The notes beneath the pieces were generated by a model. The model searched no databases and had not been told where the DNA came from. It worked only from the letters and a program-made list of their open reading frames with translations. The translations under genes and the position numbers were made by a program. Below are positions 29,273 through 39,714 of a stretch of 58,466 bases of DNA, one piece after another. Numbering within the stretch: the stretch's first letter is position 1; each line of letters starts with the position of its first letter. The stretch lies in the NCBI GenBank assembly GCA_964493875.1, contig CAZBPT010000004.1, forward strand, positions 1 to 58,466. The letters are read 5' to 3'. This DNA comes from an uncultured Bacteroidales bacterium. Lineage in GTDB: Bacteria; Bacteroidota; Bacteroidia; Bacteroidales; ML635J-15.

Positions 29273-29644
29273 TTATTTATTATAATTATTACTAAATTCC
29301 TTAAATTTATTATTTATTTCTTCTAAAGAGATATCCAAAAGAATCATATTTTTAAAAAACGTTAACGATTCTTCATTGAAAAATATGTCTCTTCTATATT
29401 CTTTAATAAGATTTACAGCATTTTGCGAAACGAAATAACCTATTCCTCTTTTATTCTCAATAATTTCTTTATTTTGTAAAAAATCAAAGGCTCTTAATAC
29501 TGTATTAGGATTTACTTCCAGAATGCTGGCTAAATCTCTAACAGAGGGTATTCGCTCAGCAACAGACCATTTCATTCCTAAAATATTATCACAAAGATAA
29601 TCAGCTATTTGCAGATAAATCGCTTTGTTATTTTGAAAATCCAT
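29273..29644 (-). CDS. GntR-family transcriptional regulator, short YtrA-like subfamily
   Basis: 123 aa with a winged helix (PSVRDLASILEVNPNTVLRAFDFLQNKEIIENKRGIGYFV) and only a short C-terminal extension. Confidence 0.85.
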   Translation of the reverse strand: MDFQNNKAIYLQIADYLCDNILGMKWSVAERIPSVRDLASILEVNPNTVLRAFDFLQNKEIIENKRGIGYFVSQNAVNLIKEYRRDIFFNEESLTFFKNMILLDISLEEINNKFKEFSNNYNK

Positions 29645-29645
29645 T

Positions 29646-30419
29646 TTAAACCTCCGTTTCTTTTAATCTCAAATACGACAATGCCCAAATACCTATCGTT
29701 AATGATAAGAAAACAAAGCCGGATATAAGACTAATATTATTTGAAATGAAAGAAATCATTTCAGCGAAAAAACTTCCGGAATCAGTAAAAATATTTGACA
29801 TATCATTATTATCAATATAAAAATTTCCATCAAATCTCTTTTTTACAGAATAGATTCCAATTACCACAAGAATTATATTAAGTATTGTAAAAAATACTGC
29901 TGTTACATTAATAAATAAAAATATTTTAAGAAAAGCCAATCTTTTAAAATAAATAGAGCCAAATAAAAACATTGCTTGTATGAACAAAATAATTGAAATA
30001 TAAGCAAATAAATCACTTGGATTAAAATTAATAAAAAGAGGGAAATTGGTATTATAATCAGGTAATCCGGGTAAATAAAAACCAGCTAACAAACCAGTAA
30101 AAGTTACAAGCACAAATGCCAGAGATTGATATACATGAGAAATAATAATATTTGAAAACAATTTTTCGCCAATAGATGCCGGTAAAGTCAAATAATTAAT
30201 TGCACTTTCTCTTCTTCCCAATACAGAAAAAGCTGTTGCTGGCTTAATTATCATACTTATAACAACGCATATTACTCCCAACCACACAAATATTTCTGCT
30301 CCCAAGTTTGCAAAACAACCACATAAAAACATTACAAAAAAAAATGTAGTAAAGGTAATAATTTCCTTTTTCCAATTTTCTAAAAAGAATTTTCTAATTA
30401 ACAAAGATATATTTTTCAT
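29646..30419 (-). CDS. Integral membrane protein, putative permease partner of the adjacent ABC ATPase
   Basis: 257 aa with about 6 TM helices. It is tightly packed between the ATPase and GntR genes (2-nt and 1-nt gaps). Confidence 0.65.
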   Translation of the reverse strand: MKNISLLIRKFFLENWKKEIITFTTFFFVMFLCGCFANLGAEIFVWLGVICVVISMIIKPATAFSVLGRRESAINYLTLPASIGEKLFSNIIISHVYQSLAFVLVTFTGLLAGFYLPGLPDYNTNFPLFINFNPSDLFAYISIILFIQAMFLFGSIYFKRLAFLKIFLFINVTAVFFTILNIILVVIGIYSVKKRFDGNFYIDNNDMSNIFTDSGSFFAEMISFISNNISLISGFVFLSLTIGIWALSYLRLKETEV

Positions 30420-30421
30420 TA

Positions 30422-31273
30422 TTATTCATTTTTCGCGTTAAACATATTGTAAATTAATGACTTATTAAGCATTGTTGCGTTAAATAACAATTCCAAATCC
30501 AAGTTTGTGTCTTCATTATATGTATTTTCGCAAACAGCAACAAGCCCACCGATATTATTCTCTGAATACAAAATTTTTTCATTCGATACATTATCAGGAC
30601 TAACAATACCGAATTTTAACTTTTTCATAATACCATCAACAGTCTCATTCAAAATTATTGATCCTCCGTCCAAAATTATTACAGAATCTAGCAAACTGTG
30701 CAAATCTCGCACCTGATGTGTAGATATTAATATTATTCTGTCTTCAGTTGCAATACGGGCAATAATTTTTCGGAAAATACTTTTTGAAGGAATATCAAGT
30801 CCATTTGTTGGTTCATCCATAATTAATATATCTGTCTTTGCTGCGATGGCAAATGCAATTGCAACCTTTTTCTTCTGCCCCAAGGATAATTTTGAAATCA
30901 AATCATTAAATTGGTCAAATTCTAATTCTTCCAATAAATCATAAAATAATTTATTATCAAAATTTGGATAGAAAACTGAGTTTGCCGACAAATAATTTGA
31001 TATTTTCAACGAGGGGGAATAAATCTCTTCTGGAAGAAAATAAATTTTTTCTAGCATTTTTGTCGTTCTTAAAAAAGAATCGGTTCCAAAAACTTTTACT
31101 TCACCTTGAATTGGGAAACACAAACCTGTCATTAATTTTAATAAGGTAGTTTTTCCTGCTCCATTTTTACCTAATAAACCATAAATATGCCCCTTAGATA
31201 ACTCCAAGTGCAGATCAGAGAACAAGTCCCGATTTTTATGGTAAGAAAACTTTAAATTGTTTATTCTAATCAT
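30422..31273 (-). CDS. ABC transporter ATP-binding protein
   Basis: 283 aa with Walker A (GKNGAGKTT), signature (LSLGQKKK), Walker B (ILIMDEP) and H-loop (STHQ). Confidence 0.9.
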   Translation of the reverse strand: MIRINNLKFSYHKNRDLFSDLHLELSKGHIYGLLGKNGAGKTTLLKLMTGLCFPIQGEVKVFGTDSFLRTTKMLEKIYFLPEEIYSPSLKISNYLSANSVFYPNFDNKLFYDLLEELEFDQFNDLISKLSLGQKKKVAIAFAIAAKTDILIMDEPTNGLDIPSKSIFRKIIARIATEDRIILISTHQVRDLHSLLDSVIILDGGSIILNETVDGIMKKLKFGIVSPDNVSNEKILYSENNIGGLVAVCENTYNEDTNLDLELLFNATMLNKSLIYNMFNAKNE

Positions 31274-31320
31274 TGTTATAATGTTTTATTGTTTTAGTGT
31301 TATAGTTTCTTATTACAGTG

Positions 31321-31328
31321 CAAAGGTA
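31321..31328 (-). promoter_or_regulatory. Candidate -7 promoter motif (TACCTTTG on minus strand) for the ABC/GntR operon
   Basis: CAAAGGTA on the plus strand, 47 nt upstream of the start at 31273. Confidence 0.4.
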
Positions 31329-31410
31329 AATATTTTTTTTGAAATAAAAAAATTTTTTTTAATAAAATGAATAAAAAATGTAAATATTTTTTTTTATAAA
31401 ATAAAAATAT

Positions 31411-31418
31411 TACATTTG
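31411..31418 (+). promoter_or_regulatory. Candidate -7 promoter motif TACATTTG for rho
   Basis: TAnnTTTG match 68 nt upstream of the ATG at 31487. Confidence 0.4.
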
Positions 31419-31486
31419 TATATCATAAACATTAGTCGTACAAACAATGTTTAAACAATCTATTTAAATAAAAGAAAAGAAATATT

Positions 31487-33604
31487 ATGGGGTATGATAT
31501 TATTGAGCTTGACTCAAAATTATTGACTGAATTGCAATTTATCGCATTGAGAATGGGGATTAAAACATCAAGACTTTCAAAAAAGGATTTAATATACAAA
31601 ATTCTAGACCAACAAGCTATAAATGAAGCATCTACGATTAAAGAAAACACGAAAAAGAAGTCAAAAGATAAAAAAAGAATTGACAAAGACATAAAAGTCA
31701 ATCAAACAGAAAACAAAAAAACAGAACAACAAATAGTAGCCACAAATACTATTCCCGAAGCTCCAAAAGCAAAGACACATGAAGTAAAAGATGCTGATGA
31801 AATTAGCAATAAAAACAAAACAAAAAGGAACAGGACAAAAGTTGCTCGCGTAGCATTTAATTCAAACGACAAAAAAATAAAAGTGTCTGACGAATTAAAC
31901 AAAAAAGAAGAAAAAGCATTCCCTACTATTAATGATGCTAATAATTATTTAAATGATTTAAGTAATAATAATATTAGCAACAAAATTAATAAAGAAACAA
32001 CAGAAATAAATCAAAGTCCAGAACAAAAAGAAAAGGCTAAAGAACAAAAATTCAACAATAGCAAAAAGAAAGATTTTGTAAAAAATCAAAAAAACAACAT
32101 TAATGTTAATACTCCTACCCTTTTCGACAACCCGAATCAAAGTCAAAAAAATAATATAAATACTGTTGACATCAATAAAGAAAATTTGAAAAACCCTAAC
32201 GAAGGCAATGCTCAAACAATCAACAGTAATAAACCTGATTTTAAAAAAGAAGGACATAAAAATCAGAACAAAGAAACGAATAAAGATATTATTACCAATA
32301 AGGATAATATTTCTACTACGAACAAAAATAAAGAAGAAAATCTAGAAGAAACGATAAAAGCAAAAAAAATAATTTCTTTGCACGAAAAGAAAAACCCAAC
32401 TAATCCAACTAATCAAGTTACTGAAAGAAAAGAAGAAGAACACGAAAAAGAACCGATTCATGAAAAGAAAGAAATGTTCGACTTCAGTAATTTAATAAAG
32501 ATGGAAGGCGTATTGGAAATTGTTCCCGATAATTATGGTTTTTTACGTTCTTCTGATTATCATTATTTAAGTTCTCCTGATGATGTTTATGTTTCACAAT
32601 CGCAAATTAAACTATTCGGATTAAAAACCGGCGACACAGTAGAAGGTTACATAAGACCTGCAAAGGAAAACGAAAAATATTATCAACTCACAAAAGTAGA
32701 TAAAATTAACGGACTATCTCCGGAACTTATCCGTGACAGAATTGCTTTTGACCACCTTACACCTCTTTTCCCTAACGAAAAATTTAACATCACAGGAAAC
32801 GGCAAATCAACTCTTTCGACCAGAATTATTGACATGTTCGCCCCGATAGGAAAAGGACAAAGAGGACTTATTGTTGCACAACCTAAAACAGGGAAAACCG
32901 TTTTGTTAAAAGAAATCGCCAACGCTATTGTAGCTAATCACCCTGAAGTTTATTTAATGATTTTACTTATTGATGAACGACCAGAAGAAGTTACAGATAT
33001 GGCAAGAAACGTAGATGCAGAAGTAATTGCTTCTACTTTTGACGAACCAGCAGAACGCCACGTTAGAGTTGCTACAATAGTACTCGAAAAAGCAAAAAGA
33101 ATGGTTGAATGTGGTTATGATGTAGTTATACTCCTCGACTCAATAACTCGTTTAGCAAGAGCATATAATACCGTTGCTCCTACATCAGGACGTGTACTTT
33201 CAGGTGGTGTGGATTCTAATGCACTTCACAAACCAAAAAGATTTTTTGGCGCTGCAAGAAATATTGAAAACGGCGGTTCTCTAACTATCATCGCTACAGC
33301 TCTTACTGAAACAGGATCAAAGATGGACGATGTAATTTTTGAAGAATTTAAAGGAACTGGTAACATGGAACTTCAACTCGACAGAAAATTATCGAATAGA
33401 AGAATTTATCCATCTGTTGATATTGTTGCATCAAGTACAAGAAGAGAAGACCTTCTTATTGATAACTCTCTAATTAACAGAATGTGGCTAATCAGAGAAT
33501 ACCTCGCAGATATGAACTCTATTGAAGCTATGGAATTTATGAGAAGCAGACTTCCTCAAACTGCTACTAACGAAGAATTCCTTATGACTATGGATAAAGC
33601 ATAA
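31487..33604 (+). CDS. rho: Transcription termination factor Rho with a large low-complexity N-terminal insertion
   Basis: 705 aa. It has a Rho_N-like start ([14 protein letters not shown]), a cold-shock-like RNA-binding domain ([15 protein letters not shown]), a P-loop (QPKTGKT), [10 protein letters not shown], and the conserved C-terminus ([23 protein letters not shown]). Confidence 0.95.
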   Translation: MGYDIIELDSKLLTELQFIALRMGIKTSRLSKKDLIYKILDQQAINEASTIKENTKKKSKDKKRIDKDIKVNQTENKKTEQQIVATNTIPEAPKAKTHEVKDADEISNKNKTKRNRTKVARVAFNSNDKKIKVSDELNKKEEKAFPTINDANNYLNDLSNNNISNKINKETTEINQSPEQKEKAKEQKFNNSKKKDFVKNQKNNINVNTPTLFDNPNQSQKNNINTVDINKENLKNPNEGNAQTINSNKPDFKKEGHKNQNKETNKDIITNKDNISTTNKNKEENLEETIKAKKIISLHEKKNPTNPTNQVTERKEEEHEKEPIHEKKEMFDFSNLIKMEGVLEIVPDNYGFLRSSDYHYLSSPDDVYVSQSQIKLFGLKTGDTVEGYIRPAKENEKYYQLTKVDKINGLSPELIRDRIAFDHLTPLFPNEKFNITGNGKSTLSTRIIDMFAPIGKGQRGLIVAQPKTGKTVLLKEIANAIVANHPEVYLMILLIDERPEEVTDMARNVDAEVIASTFDEPAERHVRVATIVLEKAKRMVECGYDVVILLDSITRLARAYNTVAPTSGRVLSGGVDSNALHKPKRFFGAARNIENGGSLTIIATALTETGSKMDDVIFEEFKGTGNMELQLDRKLSNRRIYPSVDIVASSTRREDLLIDNSLINRMWLIREYLADMNSIEAMEFMRSRLPQTATNEEFLMTMDKA

Positions 33605-33651
33605 TTTTATTGTGATGGAATATTTAATCCATTAATTTATAATCTATAAGA

Positions 33652-36600
33652 ATGGCAAAAATATTTATAAAGATTTTTAATTTTTTTAATAAACGTAAAT
33701 ATTTTTTGTATATTTTTCTTATTGCAATAATAGCTTTTGCTACATTTCCTATCATTAATATAAATATAGAAGAAGACATCTCAAATTTTTTACCCAAGAA
33801 CAAAAAAAACGAACAAATAAATGAAATTTATCAAAATATAAACTCCACAAATAAAATTTTCATTTTTGTAAAAAATTCCGCTACTACTTCATCTGACAAA
33901 GAAAATATTACTGAAGCGATAAGTTTTTTAGCTGAAGAATTAACAGCAAACGACAGCTTAAAAAAAATAAAGTCAATATTATACGAAATCGATTCAGAAA
34001 AAGCTAACGAGATTACTTCATTCATCACAAAAAACATTCCGCTCTATCTAGATGATAACGATTACAAACGCATTGACTCAATAATCTGCAAGGAAAAAAT
34101 TGAACAACAATTAGAAAACGATAAAAATATGCTTCTAATGCCAACATCCGGCTTTATTAGAAACGTTATCGTTGACGACCCTTTATTTTTTTCAAAAAAT
34201 ATTTTAGAAAAACTAAAAACCGTTCAAACAAATGACAACTTCATTTCAGAAAACGGTTATATTTTCGACAGTTCAGAAAATGCAGCCGTCTTAATACTTA
34301 CACCAATTTTTTCTCCCAGCGACACATATAACAACAAATTACTAGCAAAAGACATTGACAATGCTATAAATAAAGTAGAAAAAAAATATAATTCAGTAAA
34401 AATTACAAGCTTTGGTGCTCCTTTAATTTCCGTAACAAATGCCGACCAAATAAAAATCGATAGCATCTGGACAGGAATTCTTGCAATTGTACTTATTCTT
34501 GCAATTCTTATATACTACTACAGAAACCTTTATGATATTTTTTTAATATTTGTTTCTATTTTATTCGGATTTTTTATTTCGCTGTCAATTGTATTATTAA
34601 CAAAATCTACGATATCAATAATAATTATTGGTATTGCTACCGTCATTATAGGTATTGCCATTAATTATCCATTACACCTAATAGCACACTATAAGGAAGT
34701 AAAAAACAAAGAACAATTAATAAAAGAAATAATCTCTCCTCTTTTAATTGGCAATATTACAACTGTAGCCGCTTTTGCAAGTCTAATATTTCTCTCTTCA
34801 GATTCGATGCAATCATTAGGGTTATTTGCCTCTATTCTACTCATTGCAACAATATTTTTTGTTATTATTTTCCTTCCTCATTTCCTCAAAAAGAAAAAAT
34901 TAACCACAGAAATTGAAAAAGAAGAAAAATCTACATTAATCAGCAAAATCACTAATATCTCTCCCGAAAAAAATAAATTTTTTGTTCTACTCATTTTTAT
35001 CTTATCATTAATATTTTTTGTATTTTCTTTTGGTACTTCGTTTGAACCTGATATGCATTCCATTAACTATATGACAAAAGAGCAAAAAGCAATAATGGAA
35101 CATATGTCAAAAGGCGATAAAAATATTGAAACCATTCTTTCTTTTACAGAAGCAGAGGATGACAACTCAGCTCTTTTGGCATACAATGAAGCAAATAAGT
35201 ATTTCGACACATTAAAAAACGACAAGCTTATAGAAAATATTTCCAGCATAAATGATTTTGTATTGTCAAAAGAAGTTCAAGAAGAAAAAATTGATAAGTG
35301 GAATAATTTCTGGGAAAGCAGGAAAGATACATTCCTGATAAATTTTGACGAAATCGCAAAAAAACAAAATTTTAACGAAAACGCCTTTTCAAACTTCAAA
35401 GACATTATTAATGCTGATTATTCTCCTCAAGATATAAGTCATTTCAAAGCTATCACAGAAAACTTTGGAGAAAATTTTATCTCACATTCTTCAAACAAAA
35501 CATATCTACTCACATTATTGAAAGTAAAAAAAGATTTATCCGACTCCGTTGAAAATAAAATAAATACCTTCGATAACAAGACTTTTTGCTTTGACAATTC
35601 CAATTTTTTTAAAAGTCTCATAGAAACACTCTCCGATGACTTTAATTATATTTTATTTGTATGTAGTTTTATCGTTTTCGCTTTTCTATTAATCTCATTT
35701 GGCAGAATTGAACTATCAATAATTGCATTTTTACCTTTGGCGCTCGCATGGTTCTGGATATTGGGGATAATGAATATTTTTGACATCAAATTTAATATTA
35801 TCAATATAATTCTTGCAACATTCATTTTTGGACAAGGAGACGATTATACAATATTTATTACAGAAGGATTAATTTACGAATATACCTACGGAAAAAAGTT
35901 TTTACAAAGCTTCAAAAATTCAATATTTCTTTCTTTCCTTATAATGATAATAGCAATAGGGTTGTTAGTTTTTGCAAAACATCCTGCATTGCAATCATTG
36001 GGCGAAGTAACAATAATTGGAATGGTCTCTGTATTAATTATGGCATTCATTGTTCCCCCTTTCTTTTATAAATTTTTAACAACAAACGGCCAGGCAAAGA
36101 GATTAATGCCAATTACTCTTTGGAACTTTATTAAAACTATATTTTCTCTAATCGTTTTCTTGTTAGGAACAATTTATATTACCATTGTCGGATTTTTCTT
36201 ACTTACAATTGGTGGCAAAACAAAAAAGAATAAAGAAAAATTTCATGTTATTTTATGTAATATTTTCAGATTTATCAGAAAATTAATTCCTGGAGTCAGC
36301 TATACATCACACAATCCCACATACGAAAACTTTGAAAAACCTGCAATTATCATTTCAAATCATCAATCGCATCTCGATTTGTTATATACACTCGCTTTAA
36401 ATCCAAAAATCATCGTTCTAACAAATGATTGGGTATGGAATAACATGATATACGGAATAATAATTCGTTACGCAGACTATCTTCCGATTAATGATGATAT
36501 GGAAAAGAATGTTGAAAAACTTAAAGAAAAAACTGATGAAGGTTATTCTATTCTTATTTTCCCGGAAGGAACACGTTCAGAAGATTGCTCTATCAGAAAA

Positions 36601-37179
36601 TTCCATCAAGGAGCTTTCTATTTGGCTGATATGCTTAATCTTGATATTGTTCCGGTGCTTCTTCACGGCATTGGTCATTTCTTTCCAAAAAAAGAATTTA
36701 TTTTAAGAAAAGGTAATGCTCACATAGAAATACTTAAGAGAATAAGTCACGATGAACTTTTTAAAGATAATAGCACGACTCTTGAAATTGCCAAAAAAAT
36801 GAGAAGATATTATTCTTTCGAATATTTTAGAGTTGCTAAAAATATTGAAAATTATCATTACTTCAAAGATTTGGTTTATAAAAATTATATTTATAAAGGA
36901 AGAGAAATATCAAATCAAGCTAAAAAAGCTCTCAAATCATTTAATTACAAAGAAATTGATAATATTCCGGACAATGGAAAAATCTTAATAAAAAATTGTT
37001 CAAATGGTGAAATTTCTTTAATTATAGCTCTTATAAAAAAAGAAGCTCAGATATTTGCATTTGATGAAGATGAAACAAAATTATCAATAGCTAAAAACTG
37101 TATATCTGTTCCAAAAAATCTAAATTATATTTCTGACATAGATATATCTCAAAATTTTGATTACATCATAGAATTATAA
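33652..37179 (+). CDS. Fusion protein: MMPL/RND-like transporter, lysophospholipid acyltransferase, and a short methyltransferase-like tail
   Basis: 1175 aa with two blocks of about 6 TM helices and large loops (MMPL-like). Acyltransferase motifs follow (SNHQSHLDL, IFPEGTRS). The C-terminal roughly 170 aa has a degenerate Rossmann-like strand (ILIKNCSNGE...IFAFDED). Confidence 0.75.
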   Translation: MAKIFIKIFNFFNKRKYFLYIFLIAIIAFATFPIININIEEDISNFLPKNKKNEQINEIYQNINSTNKIFIFVKNSATTSSDKENITEAISFLAEELTANDSLKKIKSILYEIDSEKANEITSFITKNIPLYLDDNDYKRIDSIICKEKIEQQLENDKNMLLMPTSGFIRNVIVDDPLFFSKNILEKLKTVQTNDNFISENGYIFDSSENAAVLILTPIFSPSDTYNNKLLAKDIDNAINKVEKKYNSVKITSFGAPLISVTNADQIKIDSIWTGILAIVLILAILIYYYRNLYDIFLIFVSILFGFFISLSIVLLTKSTISIIIIGIATVIIGIAINYPLHLIAHYKEVKNKEQLIKEIISPLLIGNITTVAAFASLIFLSSDSMQSLGLFASILLIATIFFVIIFLPHFLKKKKLTTEIEKEEKSTLISKITNISPEKNKFFVLLIFILSLIFFVFSFGTSFEPDMHSINYMTKEQKAIMEHMSKGDKNIETILSFTEAEDDNSALLAYNEANKYFDTLKNDKLIENISSINDFVLSKEVQEEKIDKWNNFWESRKDTFLINFDEIAKKQNFNENAFSNFKDIINADYSPQDISHFKAITENFGENFISHSSNKTYLLTLLKVKKDLSDSVENKINTFDNKTFCFDNSNFFKSLIETLSDDFNYILFVCSFIVFAFLLISFGRIELSIIAFLPLALAWFWILGIMNIFDIKFNIINIILATFIFGQGDDYTIFITEGLIYEYTYGKKFLQSFKNSIFLSFLIMIIAIGLLVFAKHPALQSLGEVTIIGMVSVLIMAFIVPPFFYKFLTTNGQAKRLMPITLWNFIKTIFSLIVFLLGTIYITIVGFFLLTIGGKTKKNKEKFHVILCNIFRFIRKLIPGVSYTSHNPTYENFEKPAIIISNHQSHLDLLYTLALNPKIIVLTNDWVWNNMIYGIIIRYADYLPINDDMEKNVEKLKEKTDEGYSILIFPEGTRSEDCSIRKFHQGAFYLADMLNLDIVPVLLHGIGHFFPKKEFILRKGNAHIEILKRISHDELFKDNSTTLEIAKKMRRYYSFEYFRVAKNIENYHYFKDLVYKNYIYKGREISNQAKKALKSFNYKEIDNIPDNGKILIKNCSNGEISLIIALIKKEAQIFAFDEDETKLSIAKNCISVPKNLNYISDIDISQNFDYIIEL

Positions 37180-37225
37180 TTGTATTTGTCGTATTTTTTT
37201 TTTAACTTTGACATTAAATTATACG

Positions 37226-39412
37226 ATGAACAGAATTATTATAAGCTTATTATTATTATTATTAAATACAGTATTCAGCATCAATGCAATTGCACAGAAT
37301 AAACAATTAACTATTGATGAAGCTGTAGTAGGAATTTACAGAGAATTATATCCAGAATATATTTCCAACTTACAATTAAGACCGAACAGCAGCGAAGTAT
37401 CATATGTAGAAGATAATGCTCTATATATCAAAAAATTCACTAGATCTAAAACAAAAGAAGCTGCAAGAAAGTTTCTTTCTATTGAAGAAATAAATCAAAT
37501 TGTTTCCAATGTTGAACCAAAAATATCTTATGAAAATTTTCCCAAATACAAATGGTTAAATAATTCTCAAATTGAAATTCAAAAAGGATTTTCAAAAATA
37601 GTTATAGATATTACTAAAAAACAAATAGTAGAAAAAACAATTATCAACACTGACGAAAATTGGGAAAATTTTACTTACTCCCCCAAAAACGGGAATTACT
37701 GTTATACTCTCGAAAATAACTTATTTGTATTTAACAGTAAGACAAATACAACAGAAAATATCAGCAACGACAGCGATAAAAATCACGTTTACGGACAAAC
37801 TGTATCACGAAATGAATTTGGTATTGATGGAGGAATTTTTTGGTCTCCTGATGGCAAAAAACTAGCATTTTATCGCAAAGATGAATCTAATGTTTCTGAA
37901 TATCCAATTGTAAATACACAAACTAGAATCGCAACGGAAGAAGCCATTAAATATCCTATGGCCGGAGAAAAAAGTGAAAAAGTTAGTATTGGAATTTACG
38001 ACCTTGAAACACAAAAAACTATCTACCTTAAAACAGGAGAAATTGAAGAAAAAAACGAATATTATTTGCCTTGTGTTACATGGAGCCCTGACGGAAAATA
38101 CTTGTACGCTGCAAAGCTAAATCACAAACAGTACCAATATTTTTTGTTGTCTTTTAATATTTCCAATGGCGACATTATCAAGACAATTATTGAAGAAACG
38201 AGCAATAGATATGTTGAGCCATCAAATCCACTACTTTTTTTACCAAACGACCCAACAAAATTTATTTGGCAAAGTAGAAAAGATGGATATAACCATTTAT
38301 ACTTATATTCCATCGATGGAAAATTAATTCGCCAACTTACAAAAGGAAATTTTGAAGTTCAGGAAGTTTATGGAATCAGTCCTTCCGGTGCTTATGTATT
38401 TTTTAAAGCCAACAGAGAATCAGCAATTGACTTCGATATTTACAGAGTATCAATTGCAAATGCATCAATACTTCGTCTTACAAAAGATAAAGGAAGCCAC
38501 AACGCCAGTTTCTCTCCTGATTTTAAATATTTTATTGATAACTATTCAAACGTTAATACTCCTAACGTATATAATGTTATGAATATTGAAGCCGTTACAA
38601 TAGAAACTCTACTACAATCAAAAAATCCTTTAGCAGACTATGAAATGCCTGATTGTAAAATTTCCACAATAAAATCAAAAGACGGAAAAACCGATTTGTA
38701 TTATAGATTAATTACGCCGAAAAATTTGGATCAGACAAAAAAATATCCCTGTATTGTTTATGTATATGGAGGTCCTCACGCACAGTTAATTACAAATCGT
38801 TGGTTAGGAGGAGCTGCAGGCTGGGAATATTATATGGCACAACAAGGATACATAGTATTTTGTCTTGATAATCGTGGCTCGGCAAATAGAGGATTCGAAT
38901 TTGAAAGCATAATTCACAGAAATGTTGGAAAAGCAGAAGTAGAAGACCAACTCTCAGGAATTGAATTCTTAAGATCATTAGGATATATTGATATGAACAG
39001 AATTGGTGTTCATGGATGGAGTTATGGCGGTTTTATGACTACAACATTAATCTGCGATTACCCCGAAATATTTAAGGTTGGTGTTGCAGGTGGACCTGTA
39101 ATAAATTGGGAATTATACGAAGTAATGTATGGCGAAAGATATATGGACAGTCCCGACGAAAATCCTGACGGTTACAAAAACAATAACTTGTTAAATAAAG
39201 CAAAAAATTTGGAAGGACGTTTAATGCTTATTCATGGAGCTATTGATAATGTTGTGGTTTGGCAACATTCTCAAAATTTTATTGACGAATGTATCAAGAA
39301 CAAAGTCCTTATTGACTATATGATTTATCCTTCACACGAACATAATGTAAGAGGATTTGACAGAATACATTTGATGAGAACTGTAACAAGATATTTCCAG
39401 GAAAATTTATAG
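37226..39412 (+). CDS. S9B prolyl dipeptidyl peptidase (DPP IV-like)
   Basis: The ORF is open from TTG 37208. ATG 37226 gives a signal peptide (MNRIIISLLLLLLNTVFSINAIAQ). It has a beta-propeller N-terminal half, a catalytic GWSYGG, and a C-terminal Asp/His region (IHGAIDNVV, HEHNV). Confidence 0.9.
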   Translation: MNRIIISLLLLLLNTVFSINAIAQNKQLTIDEAVVGIYRELYPEYISNLQLRPNSSEVSYVEDNALYIKKFTRSKTKEAARKFLSIEEINQIVSNVEPKISYENFPKYKWLNNSQIEIQKGFSKIVIDITKKQIVEKTIINTDENWENFTYSPKNGNYCYTLENNLFVFNSKTNTTENISNDSDKNHVYGQTVSRNEFGIDGGIFWSPDGKKLAFYRKDESNVSEYPIVNTQTRIATEEAIKYPMAGEKSEKVSIGIYDLETQKTIYLKTGEIEEKNEYYLPCVTWSPDGKYLYAAKLNHKQYQYFLLSFNISNGDIIKTIIEETSNRYVEPSNPLLFLPNDPTKFIWQSRKDGYNHLYLYSIDGKLIRQLTKGNFEVQEVYGISPSGAYVFFKANRESAIDFDIYRVSIANASILRLTKDKGSHNASFSPDFKYFIDNYSNVNTPNVYNVMNIEAVTIETLLQSKNPLADYEMPDCKISTIKSKDGKTDLYYRLITPKNLDQTKKYPCIVYVYGGPHAQLITNRWLGGAAGWEYYMAQQGYIVFCLDNRGSANRGFEFESIIHRNVGKAEVEDQLSGIEFLRSLGYIDMNRIGVHGWSYGGFMTTTLICDYPEIFKVGVAGGPVINWELYEVMYGERYMDSPDENPDGYKNNNLLNKAKNLEGRLMLIHGAIDNVVVWQHSQNFIDECIKNKVLIDYMIYPSHEHNVRGFDRIHLMRTVTRYFQENL

Positions 39413-39444
39413 TCTATCAGAAGAACTTATAAATTCGTTAACAT

Positions 39445-39485
39445 AAGCGGAATTAAGTATATTTACACTTAATTCCGCTTTTTTA
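39445..39485 (+). terminator. Rho-independent terminator of the DPP IV gene
   Basis: The sequence aagcggaattaagt-atatttac-acttaattccgctt has a perfect 14-bp stem followed by a T-run. Confidence 0.85.
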
Positions 39486-39651
39486 ATGCAACTATTAACT
39501 ATTTATTAAATTAGAAACGGAATAAACATCTTTCTAAGCATTAAAAGTAGATAAGCAGAACAAATTACAAACTTTTATTATTATCTTATTCTTATTCTTT
39601 TATATCATCTTTTCATTTTGAATAATATCATTTAAAAATATGAATAATCAT

Positions 39652-39678
39652 AAAAAAAAGGAGGAAAAATCCTCCTTT
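39652..39678 (-). terminator. Rho-independent terminator of the ppiD-like gene
   Basis: The minus strand reads aaaggagg-attttt-cctccttt followed by a T-run. It lies 37 nt beyond the stop at 39715. Confidence 0.7.
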
Positions 39679-39714
39679 ATAACTTATTTATCTTAATAAA
39701 AGAATAATCAAATA

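Noticed and set aside
31379-31417. An imperfect AT-only inverted repeat (tgtaaatattttt ... aaaaatattaca) overlapping the putative rho promoter, considered as an operator.
   Set aside because: It consists almost entirely of A/T and is imperfect. It is expected by chance at this base composition, and there is no supporting second copy.
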